Part shown: positions 48,011-57,167 of the stretch, one piece after another | Layout: every line of letters begins with the position of its first letter | Position numbering within the stretch: the first letter of the stretch is position 1 | Source of the DNA: an uncultured Pseudomonadota bacterium | GTDB taxonomy: Bacteria; Oederibacteriota; Muellerivitia; Muellerivitales; Muellerivitaceae | NCBI GenBank assembly: GCA_963770835.1 | Contig: CAVYRH010000026.1 | Span: forward strand, 512,001 to 576,000 | Length of the DNA: 64,000 nucleotides | Reading direction: 5' to 3' | Translations under genes and position numbers: made by a program | Notes under the pieces: model-generated | What the model saw: only the letters and a program-made list of their open reading frames with translations | What the model was told of the DNA's origin: nothing | Database searches by the model: none

Positions 48011-49024
48011 ATGGCCATTCTAAATAAAGCCGTCCTGCCCGCTAAGCCATACCGGCATCTTTCCCGCTCCAAAAAACTTGGAGTGGTGGTTTTACTGGCT
48101 TGTCTTCTTCTCGGAAAAAGGGTTTGGGCGGACCCTTCCATTCATTTTCAATTGGAATCTCTTGTCGTTACCGGAACTACCAGCTATGACATCACTTTTT
48201 CGAGTGTCAGCTCCACCTATGGAAATTACAACGGCGAAAGTAAGCTCCAGTACAACCTGAACGCGGACATGGTTGGGCTGAGCTGTGGGGTTTCTTTCGA
48301 CCCCTTCCCCCTGGCCCTAAGCGTGGAATACGCCTTTTCCGTGTCGGGGGACGGCCAAATTCTCCGGGACAGGGATTGGGTTTACGATCCCGCTTACAAC
48401 GCTTCTTATGGAACCTTAGTTGGAGACACCACTTCCACGGGCATTTCTACTCCCGCCCAATTCTTCAGTGTTACTCTCCAATCGCCCCTCATTTCGTTTG
48501 GGACCGGCAACCCGAGGTTGGGTGTCGAGCTGGGTTTCGAATCCAGGTATTGGGGAATCTTCGACGTTTATAACTATTCGGGGAACTACTACCAATTTTT
48601 TACCAATAACGGGCAAAATTCCGTCAGCGTGGTTTCTCCCACACCCGTGCTTAGCTACCAAATCACAACCCATTCCTACTTTGCCGGCCTTAATTTCCAA
48701 GCGGGACTATTTCCAGGAATCCAAGGGGAAATCGGGGCAAGGGCCGGCCTGGCTGATTTCAACGATTTCGACGACCATTATTTGGACCAGAGAATAGCGA
48801 CGGGCGCGGGAAGCGGGTTCGTTTGGGATTTTGATTCTCAACTATTTTGGAACCTCGGAAACGACTGGATTCTTTCAGGTGACATCGAGGCCATGGATTT
48901 GTGGGCAACCGGAACCCAGACCCAAGCCTCCCAGGTCTTGCCATTCAGCCTGGTGGTCAACGACCAAGTGGAAACTTTTCAACTCAGTTTCGGACTTGAA
49001 CTGGCTTTTTTGTTCAACTTGTAA
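48011..49024 (+). CDS. Omptin-family outer-membrane protease-like beta-barrel
   Basis: ESKLQY, RDRDW (DxDW) and DFDDHYL (DxH) match the omptin catalytic motifs; amphipathic strands and C-terminal LAFLFNL. Confidence 0.7.
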   Translation: MAILNKAVLPAKPYRHLSRSKKLGVVVLLACLLLGKRVWADPSIHFQLESLVVTGTTSYDITFSSVSSTYGNYNGESKLQYNLNADMVGLSCGVSFDPFPLALSVEYAFSVSGDGQILRDRDWVYDPAYNASYGTLVGDTTSTGISTPAQFFSVTLQSPLISFGTGNPRLGVELGFESRYWGIFDVYNYSGNYYQFFTNNGQNSVSVVSPTPVLSYQITTHSYFAGLNFQAGLFPGIQGEIGARAGLADFNDFDDHYLDQRIATGAGSGFVWDFDSQLFWNLGNDWILSGDIEAMDLWATGTQTQASQVLPFSLVVNDQVETFQLSFGLELAFLFNL

Positions 49025-49305
49025 AAAGGAGTGCCCGAAAAAACTCCTCTTTGTGAAAAATTTCATCCGAAACGACAAACGATATCAGCTTTCTCGCCTC
49101 CCGTTCAACCTACCCGAAATTCATGGGGTAAAGCTATTGCCTTGGTTTAACGAAGAATCAACTTGGGTTGGATCGGTTCCGTTCCTAAACTATGAATGAA
49201 GGTCCCCAATATCAACGGCGGCTGATTCCGCTGTGCTGAAGCTGGCTACCGGGAGACGCAAACCATGATCAGGGCAACCTTCCCTTTTAAAAACGGAGGT
49301 TTTGT

Positions 49306-50577
49306 ATGAATCAGGATGCTTCCAGCATCGGTTCAGTCGTCCTATCCGTTCTTTTCTTTCCCACCTTTTTCCAGAAAGCCCTTTTGGAATTCACCTGGGG
49401 CGCGGGAGACCCGCTTTGGCTGGCAAGCCTCAAGCGGGTTTTCCTACTCCTCCCCACAAGCGCCGCCATCGTGTGCTTGTGGGTGAGCATCCTCTGCATC
49501 CTGACGGTGATCGTCCGGCAGCGGCGGGTGGAATTCCTCAAGGCCTTTTTCGTTACCTGGTGGGATTTCCTGAAAAGCGTCTTCGCTTATTGGGGGGGCT
49601 TTTTCAAGTTCCTCTTCGTGCTGGCGGCGGCCCTCTATGGCCTGGTGCGCATCATCGTGCTGGGCACCTGGTTCATCCTGCAGGACATCCTGTTGGTGCC
49701 CTTCCGGATGATCCGATCGGTGGCCAAGAGCGCCTCCACGCCAGGGGTGCCCTGGATCGCGGTGATCCTCACCTTCTTCTGGTGCCTGGTGGAGGCGGTG
49801 GTTTTCACCTACGTCATGACACCCCTAGTGATGGACACCCTGTCCAACCTGACCGGGGGCGAGCTTTCGGAAGGTGTCATCCGCATTCCGCTCTTCCTCT
49901 TCATGCTCTTCCTCATCCTAGGCAGTTACGCGGTGCTGGCGGCCTGGACCCAGGCCCTGGCCACGAAGAACATTCCCACCATCCTCAAGATCACGCTGGT
50001 GGAGTGCGTGGCGGCCTTCGTGGAAGTCCTCTTCCTTTACCGGGAACTTGTGGATTCGCTGGTGCCCTGGTTCGCTCAACACACATCCCAGGACTTCGAC
50101 CTAGGGATGGGCGGCACCTTAGGTCTGGGGCTCCTCGCTTGGCTGGGGGTAAGGGGCATGACCTGGTTCCTCTTCGCCTCCCATGGTGTGCCCGTCATCA
50201 CGTCCATCATCCAGGGAACAGGCTTGAAGAAACCCGAGCAATCCGGGACCAAGACGATGGAGGCTACCTTCGCCTATACGGTGAGCTTTTATTATCACTT
50301 CAAGGCGGACGCCGATTGGGTGAAGGAGAAGTCCGACGAACTACTGGGGGCCTTCATCCTACCGCCCCTGCAGGTGGTCTCGGCCACGGTCAATTTCTTC
50401 ATCCTGCTTATCGCTTCCCGCCACCTCTTCGACCTGCCCTTCAAGGGATTCCGCGATATTATGCGCTCTAAGGAACTTTTGCAGGCCAAGCCCCCCATCG
50501 TCAAAGGGGGCAAGAAGTCCAAACCCAAGCTGGCGGTGGTGGGGACGGAAACGTCCTCCTCGGAGGCGCGGTCATGA
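49306..50577 (+). CDS. Hypothetical polytopic membrane protein
   Basis: GGAGG RBS; about 8 hydrophobic segments; VEVLFLYRELVD and WFAQ motifs; ATGA overlap with the next gene. Confidence 0.8.
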   Translation: MNQDASSIGSVVLSVLFFPTFFQKALLEFTWGAGDPLWLASLKRVFLLLPTSAAIVCLWVSILCILTVIVRQRRVEFLKAFFVTWWDFLKSVFAYWGGFFKFLFVLAAALYGLVRIIVLGTWFILQDILLVPFRMIRSVAKSASTPGVPWIAVILTFFWCLVEAVVFTYVMTPLVMDTLSNLTGGELSEGVIRIPLFLFMLFLILGSYAVLAAWTQALATKNIPTILKITLVECVAAFVEVLFLYRELVDSLVPWFAQHTSQDFDLGMGGTLGLGLLAWLGVRGMTWFLFASHGVPVITSIIQGTGLKKPEQSGTKTMEATFAYTVSFYYHFKADADWVKEKSDELLGAFILPPLQVVSATVNFFILLIASRHLFDLPFKGFRDIMRSKELLQAKPPIVKGGKKSKPKLAVVGTETSSSEARS

Positions 50578-51347
50578 GGGCGCACGGATTGTTTTTGCTA
50601 ACCGCCCTGGCGCTCCTTCCGGCGGGTTCCACCCAAGCGGGGTGGCTGGACATGACGCCCCAGCCGCGCCTGGTCATGTTCGTGGGCATCGACATGAGCG
50701 GGTCCTTCCTGAAGGGGCCGGACTTCGACGATTCGATCTCCTTCCTTTCCCGCTACCTCTACGCCCACTTGAACGGCCTGGAAGGGCTGGACAAGCCCGC
50801 CGCCCTTTTCGTGGGAACTATCGGGGGAAACAAGGCGGACGAGGCGAAGGTCTTCTACCCCATCGAAATTTTCCAGAACAAGTCCCCGGAGGAGATCGAG
50901 GCCAAGCTCCACGAGCTTTTCCCCAAGACCCACGAGGACCTCTACACCGATTACAATGCCTTTTTCGACAAGGTCACCGAGATGGTCAAGGACCGCAAGA
51001 TGATCCTCAAGCCCCTTACGGTCATCATGGTCAGCGACGGCATGCTGGATATTCCGGGGAAGAACGGTCGGCACGACTACCGCTCCATCAACCTGATGCC
51101 GATGGAAAAGCTCTCGCGCAACGTCACCCTGAGGCTCCTTTACACCAGCCCGACGGTGGGCAAGAAATGGGAAAGCCTGATTCCCCGGCGCCGGGTCAAG
51201 GTCTGGACCCAGGAGGCGCCGGTCATGGAGACCTGGAAGGACCCCAAGATCTTCATTCCGGCGGACCCCATGGAAAAGCAGGGCCTTTTCGTCAAATGGG
51301 TGAAGAACAACGTGGATTTCGGAGTAAGGATTAAGAGGGTGGATTGA
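50574..51347 (+). CDS. Secreted vWA-like (MIDAS) domain protein
   Basis: Signal peptide; FVGIDMSGSF (DxSxS), YTD, IMVSDGM. Confidence 0.7.
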   Translation: MRAHGLFLLTALALLPAGSTQAGWLDMTPQPRLVMFVGIDMSGSFLKGPDFDDSISFLSRYLYAHLNGLEGLDKPAALFVGTIGGNKADEAKVFYPIEIFQNKSPEEIEAKLHELFPKTHEDLYTDYNAFFDKVTEMVKDRKMILKPLTVIMVSDGMLDIPGKNGRHDYRSINLMPMEKLSRNVTLRLLYTSPTVGKKWESLIPRRRVKVWTQEAPVMETWKDPKIFIPADPMEKQGLFVKWVKNNVDFGVRIKRVD

Positions 51348-51366
51348 GGATCCACCTTGTTGAGGC

Positions 51367-51402
51367 AAGGCTCTCTTCCTTCACCGGGGGAGGGCCTTTT
51401 TT
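51367..51402 (+). terminator. Intrinsic terminator after the vWA gene
   Basis: AAGGCTCTCTTCC...GGGGGAGGGCC followed by T6. Confidence 0.65.
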
Positions 51403-51616
51403 ATTGGTGGAAAAATTTTAAATGCGCGTGGTTTAACGGACAAAAAAGTTGTTGTTTAAACTGAACAGTTTTAAGGAAAACGAAATTTTAGTAACTTTTC
51501 TAAAAAAGCGCGGTATGATCTGGGTCATGGTTGAAGACCACTAAGTGGGTGGCTGACCCCTCCCTTTTTCGTTCCCCATAGAAACAAAATTTTTTTTTCC
51601 ATCCGTGAGGTGTCCT

Positions 51617-52387
51617 ATGAAAGCCCAGTTATTACTTGTCGAAGATGACCATGCTTACCAAGAAATATTACAAGTCCGCTTGGAAGCCTTGGGTTGCCAT
51701 GTTCAGGTTTCGCGATCGCCGGAAGAGCTAAAATCCCTGACCTCCCGTAAATGGGACCTGGTCGTCAGCGATTCGGAATTCGATGGGTTGGACACGGATA
51801 AACTGTTGAATTTGCTGCAACCTGCCGTCAATCCGGTTTTTTTTTACACGGAAAAAAACGCACAGGAACTGGCTCCTTTTTGGAAAGAAAAGGGTGTTAA
51901 GGAGGTTTTCCACAAATTGAGGCGGGGCGACTTAATTAAGGCGGTCCAATCCTATATGGATTCCAATCCGGCGAGTGGGGAAGAAAAGGCTGACGCCCCG
52001 GTGACGCGACTTAAAACCTTGAAATTCCTTTTGGTGGACGATTCCCCGACCATTCGAAAATTTGTCCGCAATGTCCTGGAAAGGGGTTTTGCCGGATGCC
52101 AAATCTTTGAGGCGGAGGATGGAAAAACCGCCATGCGCGAATTGACAGGCCAGCGGATGGACCTCATCGTCACCGACATGCAAATGCCGGGGGTCGACGG
52201 CCAAAGTTTCATTAAGACTTTGCACCGCAATCCGCTTTTAAACAAGAAACCCATCATCATTCTCTCGGGAATGGTGACGAAGGAAATGAAGGAAGAATTC
52301 GGGGTCGTTTCCACAGTCCGGATTCTTTCCAAACCAGCCGAGCCCGCTCTCATCGTTGAAACGGTTCATTCGCTTTTAAAAAGATAA
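51617..52387 (+). CDS. Dual-receiver response regulator with no output domain
   Basis: REC1 LLLVEDD...DLVVSD; REC2 LLVDDSPTIR...DLIVTDMQMPGVDG...LSKP. Confidence 0.85.
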   Translation: MKAQLLLVEDDHAYQEILQVRLEALGCHVQVSRSPEELKSLTSRKWDLVVSDSEFDGLDTDKLLNLLQPAVNPVFFYTEKNAQELAPFWKEKGVKEVFHKLRRGDLIKAVQSYMDSNPASGEEKADAPVTRLKTLKFLLVDDSPTIRKFVRNVLERGFAGCQIFEAEDGKTAMRELTGQRMDLIVTDMQMPGVDGQSFIKTLHRNPLLNKKPIIILSGMVTKEMKEEFGVVSTVRILSKPAEPALIVETVHSLLKR

Positions 52388-52434
52388 AAAAATTTGACCA
52401 AGAGTTTTAACGCGAATCCTACAAGGAGCTTGGA

Positions 52435-53295
52435 ATGAGCCTGCCTCATCTCCTGCTGGTTGACGACAGTGATGCCATCTTGAACTTCGAGAAGGCGGTG
52501 CTCGCCGGGCTCTACCAGTTTTCCACCGCAGGGGACGGTGTGGAAGCCCTTGAGAAAATCCGCCAACTCAGTCCCGACGGCGTCCTCCTGGACCTTTCCA
52601 TGCCCCGCCTGGACGGAGACGAAGTGCTCAAGATCATCAAAGCCGACCCCGCCACTTCCGCAATCCCCGTTCTGGTGGTTTCCTCGGAGAAGGACCGGGC
52701 CGAGGCCTGCCTGAGGAACGGCGCTGAAAGCTTCCTCATCAAGCCTATCCTGGCCGACGACCTCAAAAGCCGCGTCGCCCTGATGCTGGAGTCGGCCCGG
52801 GAAAAAGAGCGGCGCAGGAGTTCGGCCTTCCTCTTCCTGGAGGTGGGACCCTGGGAGATGGGACTCCCCTTGAAACCGGTGATCTCCGTCCATTCCCAGC
52901 CGGCCACGCGGCCCCGGGAAACGGCCGAACCCCACCGTTCCCAGGACGTCGACTACTTCGGAGAGACAGTCGAGGTCCTGGACCTGGCGCCCGCCCTGGG
53001 CGTAAAGCACCGCCGGCCCCTGGAAGATCGGAAACTCCTTTTCCTCCAAGGCGGTAGGAAGTTGGCCGTCAGTGTGGACGGAGTTTGGGACCCGGAGGAA
53101 TTGATGCCCGACCAGATCCACTCTTCTGACAGGGAAGGGGAACCCTGCATCCTTTCGAGGGTCGAAAGCAGCCGCGGGCTCCTGCCCGTGGCGGACCCTG
53201 AAGCCTTTTTTTCCGAAACGCGGACTTCCTCCCTGGGGGAGAGCCTGCGGCGCTTGAGCCTGCCTGATCCTTCTATTCGGAAGGCAGGCCGATGA
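52435..53295 (+). CDS. REC-CheW fusion protein
   Basis: N-terminal LLVDDS...LLDLSMPRLDG...IKP; C-terminal CheW-like (EVLDLAPALG, LAVSVDGV). Confidence 0.8.
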   Translation: MSLPHLLLVDDSDAILNFEKAVLAGLYQFSTAGDGVEALEKIRQLSPDGVLLDLSMPRLDGDEVLKIIKADPATSAIPVLVVSSEKDRAEACLRNGAESFLIKPILADDLKSRVALMLESAREKERRRSSAFLFLEVGPWEMGLPLKPVISVHSQPATRPRETAEPHRSQDVDYFGETVEVLDLAPALGVKHRRPLEDRKLLFLQGGRKLAVSVDGVWDPEELMPDQIHSSDREGEPCILSRVESSRGLLPVADPEAFFSETRTSSLGESLRRLSLPDPSIRKAGR

Positions 53296-54509
53296 GCAAG
53301 GAAACCTGCCCCATGAAAACCACCGACCCTGCCCTGGAAGCCCTGAAGGAATACCTGACGGATCTCTCTTCCCGGGTGACGGGGTTCCGCCGGGATGCTT
53401 TCCGGGTCGGGGCTATCGAGAAAATGGCCCAGGAACTGGCGTCCCGGGTGGTTTCCCTTGAGGAACTGTCCAAGGATGCCCTCTGCGGGCCTGCCGAGCT
53501 GGTCTCCCGCCTGGCCGAGGCCGTACCCGTGGGCGAAACCTATTTTTTCCGCGAGCCCGAGCATTTCCGCTACCTGGAGGAAAAGCTCTTCTCCTCCCGC
53601 CCCCCGGGGCCCTTGAAGGTTTGGAGCGCGGGATGCGCCACGGGCGAGGAAACCTATTCCATCGCCGCCTGTCTCCTGGGCTGCGGGTACGGGGCGGCGG
53701 AGATCCTGGGAACCGACCTGTCCCAAGGGCACCTGGAGATAGCCCGGAAGGGAAACTACCATTCCTGGTCCCTGCGTGATTCGGGTGAGCTTTACCCGGC
53801 TTTCGGGAAAACCGGCGGGCCTTTGTTGGAAGTCCGGCCGGAGCTGAGGGAAGGGGTGCGTTTCCTGAAGCACAACCTCCTGGAGCCCCTGCCCGAGGGG
53901 GAAGGGCCTTTCGACCTCATCTTCTGCCGCAACGTGCTGGTTTATTTCACCCCCGAAGCGGCCCGGCAGGTCCTCTCCCACATGACCCAGGTCCTGGCCC
54001 CCACAGGCCTTCTTTTCCTGGGGCCGGCTGACCTGCCTTTCCCGCCGCCCGGCTTCAACCTCCACGGCCCGGCGGAACTGTCGATCTACGAAATGGCTTC
54101 CCCCGCGCAAACCAAGGCTCATCCGCCGGTGCGGCTGGTTCCGGCGCCTTGGCCCGATCCTCCCCGGCGGAAAAAGACGCCGGCGGCAAGAAAGCCCAAA
54201 ACCAAGGCCCTCCCACTGGCTTTGCACCTCAAGGTCCTGGAGGCCCTGGAGAACGAAAACGGACCGGAGGCAGGCCGCCAACTCAACCGCCTGTGCCAGG
54301 ACTTTCCCGAATACCTGCCGGGACTTTACGAAGCCGCCCTTTGGAACTTCCGGAGCCACAAAAAGGCGGCTGCTGAGGGACTGATGCGGGAATTGCTCAA
54401 GAGGCTCAAGGGCAAGGGGAACAAGGAAATCGTCCCGGGCCCCCAACCCTTGACCGTCCACTTTTACCGGGTTTCGGCCAGGACCTTCCTGGCCCGAAGG
54501 GCGGATTAA
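53292..54509 (+). CDS. cheR: CheR-type methyltransferase with C-terminal TPR-like region (WspC-like)
   Basis: VGETYFFRE, VWSAGCATGEETYSIA, GTDLS, FDLIFCRNVLVYF. Confidence 0.92.
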   Translation: MSKETCPMKTTDPALEALKEYLTDLSSRVTGFRRDAFRVGAIEKMAQELASRVVSLEELSKDALCGPAELVSRLAEAVPVGETYFFREPEHFRYLEEKLFSSRPPGPLKVWSAGCATGEETYSIAACLLGCGYGAAEILGTDLSQGHLEIARKGNYHSWSLRDSGELYPAFGKTGGPLLEVRPELREGVRFLKHNLLEPLPEGEGPFDLIFCRNVLVYFTPEAARQVLSHMTQVLAPTGLLFLGPADLPFPPPGFNLHGPAELSIYEMASPAQTKAHPPVRLVPAPWPDPPRRKKTPAARKPKTKALPLALHLKVLEALENENGPEAGRQLNRLCQDFPEYLPGLYEAALWNFRSHKKAAAEGLMRELLKRLKGKGNKEIVPGPQPLTVHFYRVSARTFLARRAD

Positions 54510-55048
54510 TGCAAGACCCACGCCCCCAAGCCCCGCTCGACGAGGTCACGGCCAAGCTGCTCCTCTCCCGCGCTGAGCGCCTGCGCGAAAGGCCCGCGGA
54601 GGAAGCCCAGGACGTTTTTTGGGCTGCCGAATTCCCCCTGGGCGCCGAGGCTTATGCCCTGCCCCTGGAATGCTTGGTGGCCTGCCAGCCCTTGAGGCTG
54701 GTGACGCCGGTCCCGCTTTCGGACACCCGCTTGACGGGGGTGGTGAGGTTTCAAAGGAGGCTTTTAAGCGTGATGAGCCTCTCAGGTATGCTGGGCTCCC
54801 CCGGTTGGAAGCGGGATCCCTCGGTCATGCTGGTGTTGAAACTGGACGGCGAGCACCTGGTGGCGGTGGATTGCGAAGAGATACCCCGCACTTCTAGCCT
54901 CCCCCTCAAGGCCCTCGAGGAGGCCCGACGGAAGGGGAATGGAGCCTCCGTGTTGTTGATCGAAAGGCCGGGCCAGGGTCCGCTTCACCTTATTGAAACC
55001 TCCGGGCTTTTCGGGAAAACCCGCTCCGGGAGCGGCCATGGAAAATGA
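54509..55048 (+). CDS. cheW: CheW-like adaptor (WspD-like)
   Basis: LLLSRAERL, FPLGAEAYALPL, VTPVP, GVVRFQRRLLSV. Confidence 0.85.
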   Translation: MQDPRPQAPLDEVTAKLLLSRAERLRERPAEEAQDVFWAAEFPLGAEAYALPLECLVACQPLRLVTPVPLSDTRLTGVVRFQRRLLSVMSLSGMLGSPGWKRDPSVMLVLKLDGEHLVAVDCEEIPRTSSLPLKALEEARRKGNGASVLLIERPGQGPLHLIETSGLFGKTRSGSGHGK

Positions 55049-57167
55049 ATTCTCCTTCATGAAGGAACTGGTGGCCGGCTTCGAGTCCGAGGCCCGGAAC
55101 CTGGTGGATTCCATCACCCAAAACCTGCTGGCGGCTGAAAAGGGAGGCCTTCCTGCCGCGGGCTACGCGGCCCATTACCAGAAGATCTACCGCGACCTGC
55201 ACACCCTCAAGGGCAGTTCAGCCACCTGCGGGCTTGCCGAGGTTTCGGACCTTTCCCATCGCCTGGAAGACGTGGTGGCGCCCTTCAAGACCGGGGCCAG
55301 CCTCCTTCCCCCGGAAACGGTGGACCTGCTCCTGAAGGGGCTGGACGTGATCCTCTCCCGGGTGCGCCTTCACGTTGCCCAGGAAGCCCCCCCTCCCATG
55401 GACCCAAAGGAATGGGAAGTTCTTCTTCAGGAAATCGAGTCGGCCAAGGCGACCCCGGGGGTCAAGATCCCCGAGGCGGCGGCCGAATCCAAGGAGACCT
55501 TGCCCGCGCAGGCGGAGGAAGCCGTGGAGACCCTGGACCTGGGGGAGGGCGGCTGGAAAGTGAACGTCCAGCAGGTCATCCGAATGATGAACGAAGTGGA
55601 ACGCCTGAGGGAACTGCAGCTGCGCTTGACGGACCAGAGCCGGCGCCTGTCCCAGGCGATGAAAGACAAGAAGCTCCTCCAGGACCCGGCGGCCCTGGAG
55701 AGCCTGCTTTTCCAGCTCCAACCCGCCCTGGTCTTCAATGCCGAGGAAACGGCCAACTTGGTGGATTCCCTGGAGGAACACCTGAAGGACATCAGCATGC
55801 TCTCCTTCAATACCATCGCCCAACCCCTCCAGCGCCAGGTGCGTGACCTCTGCCGCAGGTTCGGCAAGCAGGCCGCCCTCTCGGTGGTCGGGGGGGAGAT
55901 CCTGCTGGACCGTCGCATCCTGGACGGCTTGAAGGGACCCCTGGTGCACCTTATCCGCAACGCCGTGGACCACGGCCTGGAAACGCCCGAGGAGCGCGAC
56001 GCCAAGGGAAAGCACAAAGAAGGCGCCCTGGTGATCCGGGCCGAACAGCAGGGGAACCTGCTTTTTCTGGAGGTCTCGGACGATGGCAGGGGGGTCGACC
56101 CGGAAAAAATCCGGGAGCAGGCCGCCAAGCGCCAGCTCTTCTCCCGGGAGGAACTCAAGGCCATGGGGGAAGTCCAGTTGCGGCAGATCCTGTTCCATTC
56201 GGGGTTCTCCACCAAGGAGGAAGTGACCAGCATTTCGGGGCGGGGCGTGGGCCTGGACGCGGTGAAGACCGCCGTCCAGGATATGAAGGGGACGGTGGAG
56301 ATCACCAGCAAGCCGGGACAGGGCACCCGGTTCATCCTGACCCTTCCCGTGGAACTGGGATCCTCGCCGATCCTCACCGTCCGGTTGGGGCCCCAGACCT
56401 TCGGCCTGCCGCTCCTTTCGGTGCAGAACATCGTGCGCTCCCATCCCGAGGCGATGAAGCTGGCCCAGGACCGCTGGGAGCTGGATTACGAAGGGCGCAA
56501 CCTGCCGGTGAAGGACCTGGGCGCCCTCCTGCGCATCCGCCTGCCCCAAAAACCCACCTCGGGCCAGCCCCTACTCCTTATGCCCTTCGAGGGCCGCGAA
56601 CTGGCCCTGGCCGTTGACGAAGTGCTGGGGGACGAAAGCCTGGTCCTGCACCCCCTGCCGACGGAATTCGCCGGGGTGGAAGCCTTCCAAGGGGCCAGCC
56701 TGCTTCCCAGCGGCGAGCTGTTGCTGATCCTCAAGGCCGCCTGGCTGGGCCGACTGGAGGAGGGCCACGACCCTTTCCAGGACCGGCTCAAGGCGCTCGT
56801 GGTGGACGATTCCCTGACGGCCCGGGCCATGCACCGTAACATGCTCGAGTCGGCGGGCTACCTGGTCCACGGGGCCGGCACGGCCCGCCAAGGGCTGGAC
56901 CTTTTGGAAACCTCCACCTACGACGTGGTGCTTTGCGACGTGGCCATGGAGGGTATGGACGGCCTGGAGTTCACGCGGGTGGTCAAGGCCCACCCCCGGA
57001 CCCAACACCTTCCGGTTATCCTGGTTTCGGCGCGGGACGAGGAGAAAGACGTACGGCGCTACCTGCAAGCGGGCGCGGACGCCTTCCTCAGCAAAAGGGA
57101 CTGCAGTTCGGGCCGCCTTTTGTCCGAAGTTTCCAAGCTGCTCAAACCCAAGGGGAGGAAGCCATGA
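55038..57167 (+). CDS. cheA: Hybrid CheA-REC histidine kinase (WspE-like)
   Basis: Hpt LHTLKGS, HLIRNAVDHGLE, DDGRG, GFSTK...SGRGVGLD, CheW domain, C-terminal REC VVDDSLT...CDVAM. Confidence 0.94.
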   Translation: MENEFSFMKELVAGFESEARNLVDSITQNLLAAEKGGLPAAGYAAHYQKIYRDLHTLKGSSATCGLAEVSDLSHRLEDVVAPFKTGASLLPPETVDLLLKGLDVILSRVRLHVAQEAPPPMDPKEWEVLLQEIESAKATPGVKIPEAAAESKETLPAQAEEAVETLDLGEGGWKVNVQQVIRMMNEVERLRELQLRLTDQSRRLSQAMKDKKLLQDPAALESLLFQLQPALVFNAEETANLVDSLEEHLKDISMLSFNTIAQPLQRQVRDLCRRFGKQAALSVVGGEILLDRRILDGLKGPLVHLIRNAVDHGLETPEERDAKGKHKEGALVIRAEQQGNLLFLEVSDDGRGVDPEKIREQAAKRQLFSREELKAMGEVQLRQILFHSGFSTKEEVTSISGRGVGLDAVKTAVQDMKGTVEITSKPGQGTRFILTLPVELGSSPILTVRLGPQTFGLPLLSVQNIVRSHPEAMKLAQDRWELDYEGRNLPVKDLGALLRIRLPQKPTSGQPLLLMPFEGRELALAVDEVLGDESLVLHPLPTEFAGVEAFQGASLLPSGELLLILKAAWLGRLEEGHDPFQDRLKALVVDDSLTARAMHRNMLESAGYLVHGAGTARQGLDLLETSTYDVVLCDVAMEGMDGLEFTRVVKAHPRTQHLPVILVSARDEEKDVRRYLQAGADAFLSKRDCSSGRLLSEVSKLLKPKGRKP

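Noticed and set aside
49110..49290. c-di-GMP-I (GEMM) riboswitch upstream of the membrane/vWA pair
   Set aside because: Fragments (AGCTGGCTACC, GACGCAAACC) resemble the consensus but are in the wrong order, and I could not build the P1/P2 fold. An Infernal/Rfam scan would settle it.
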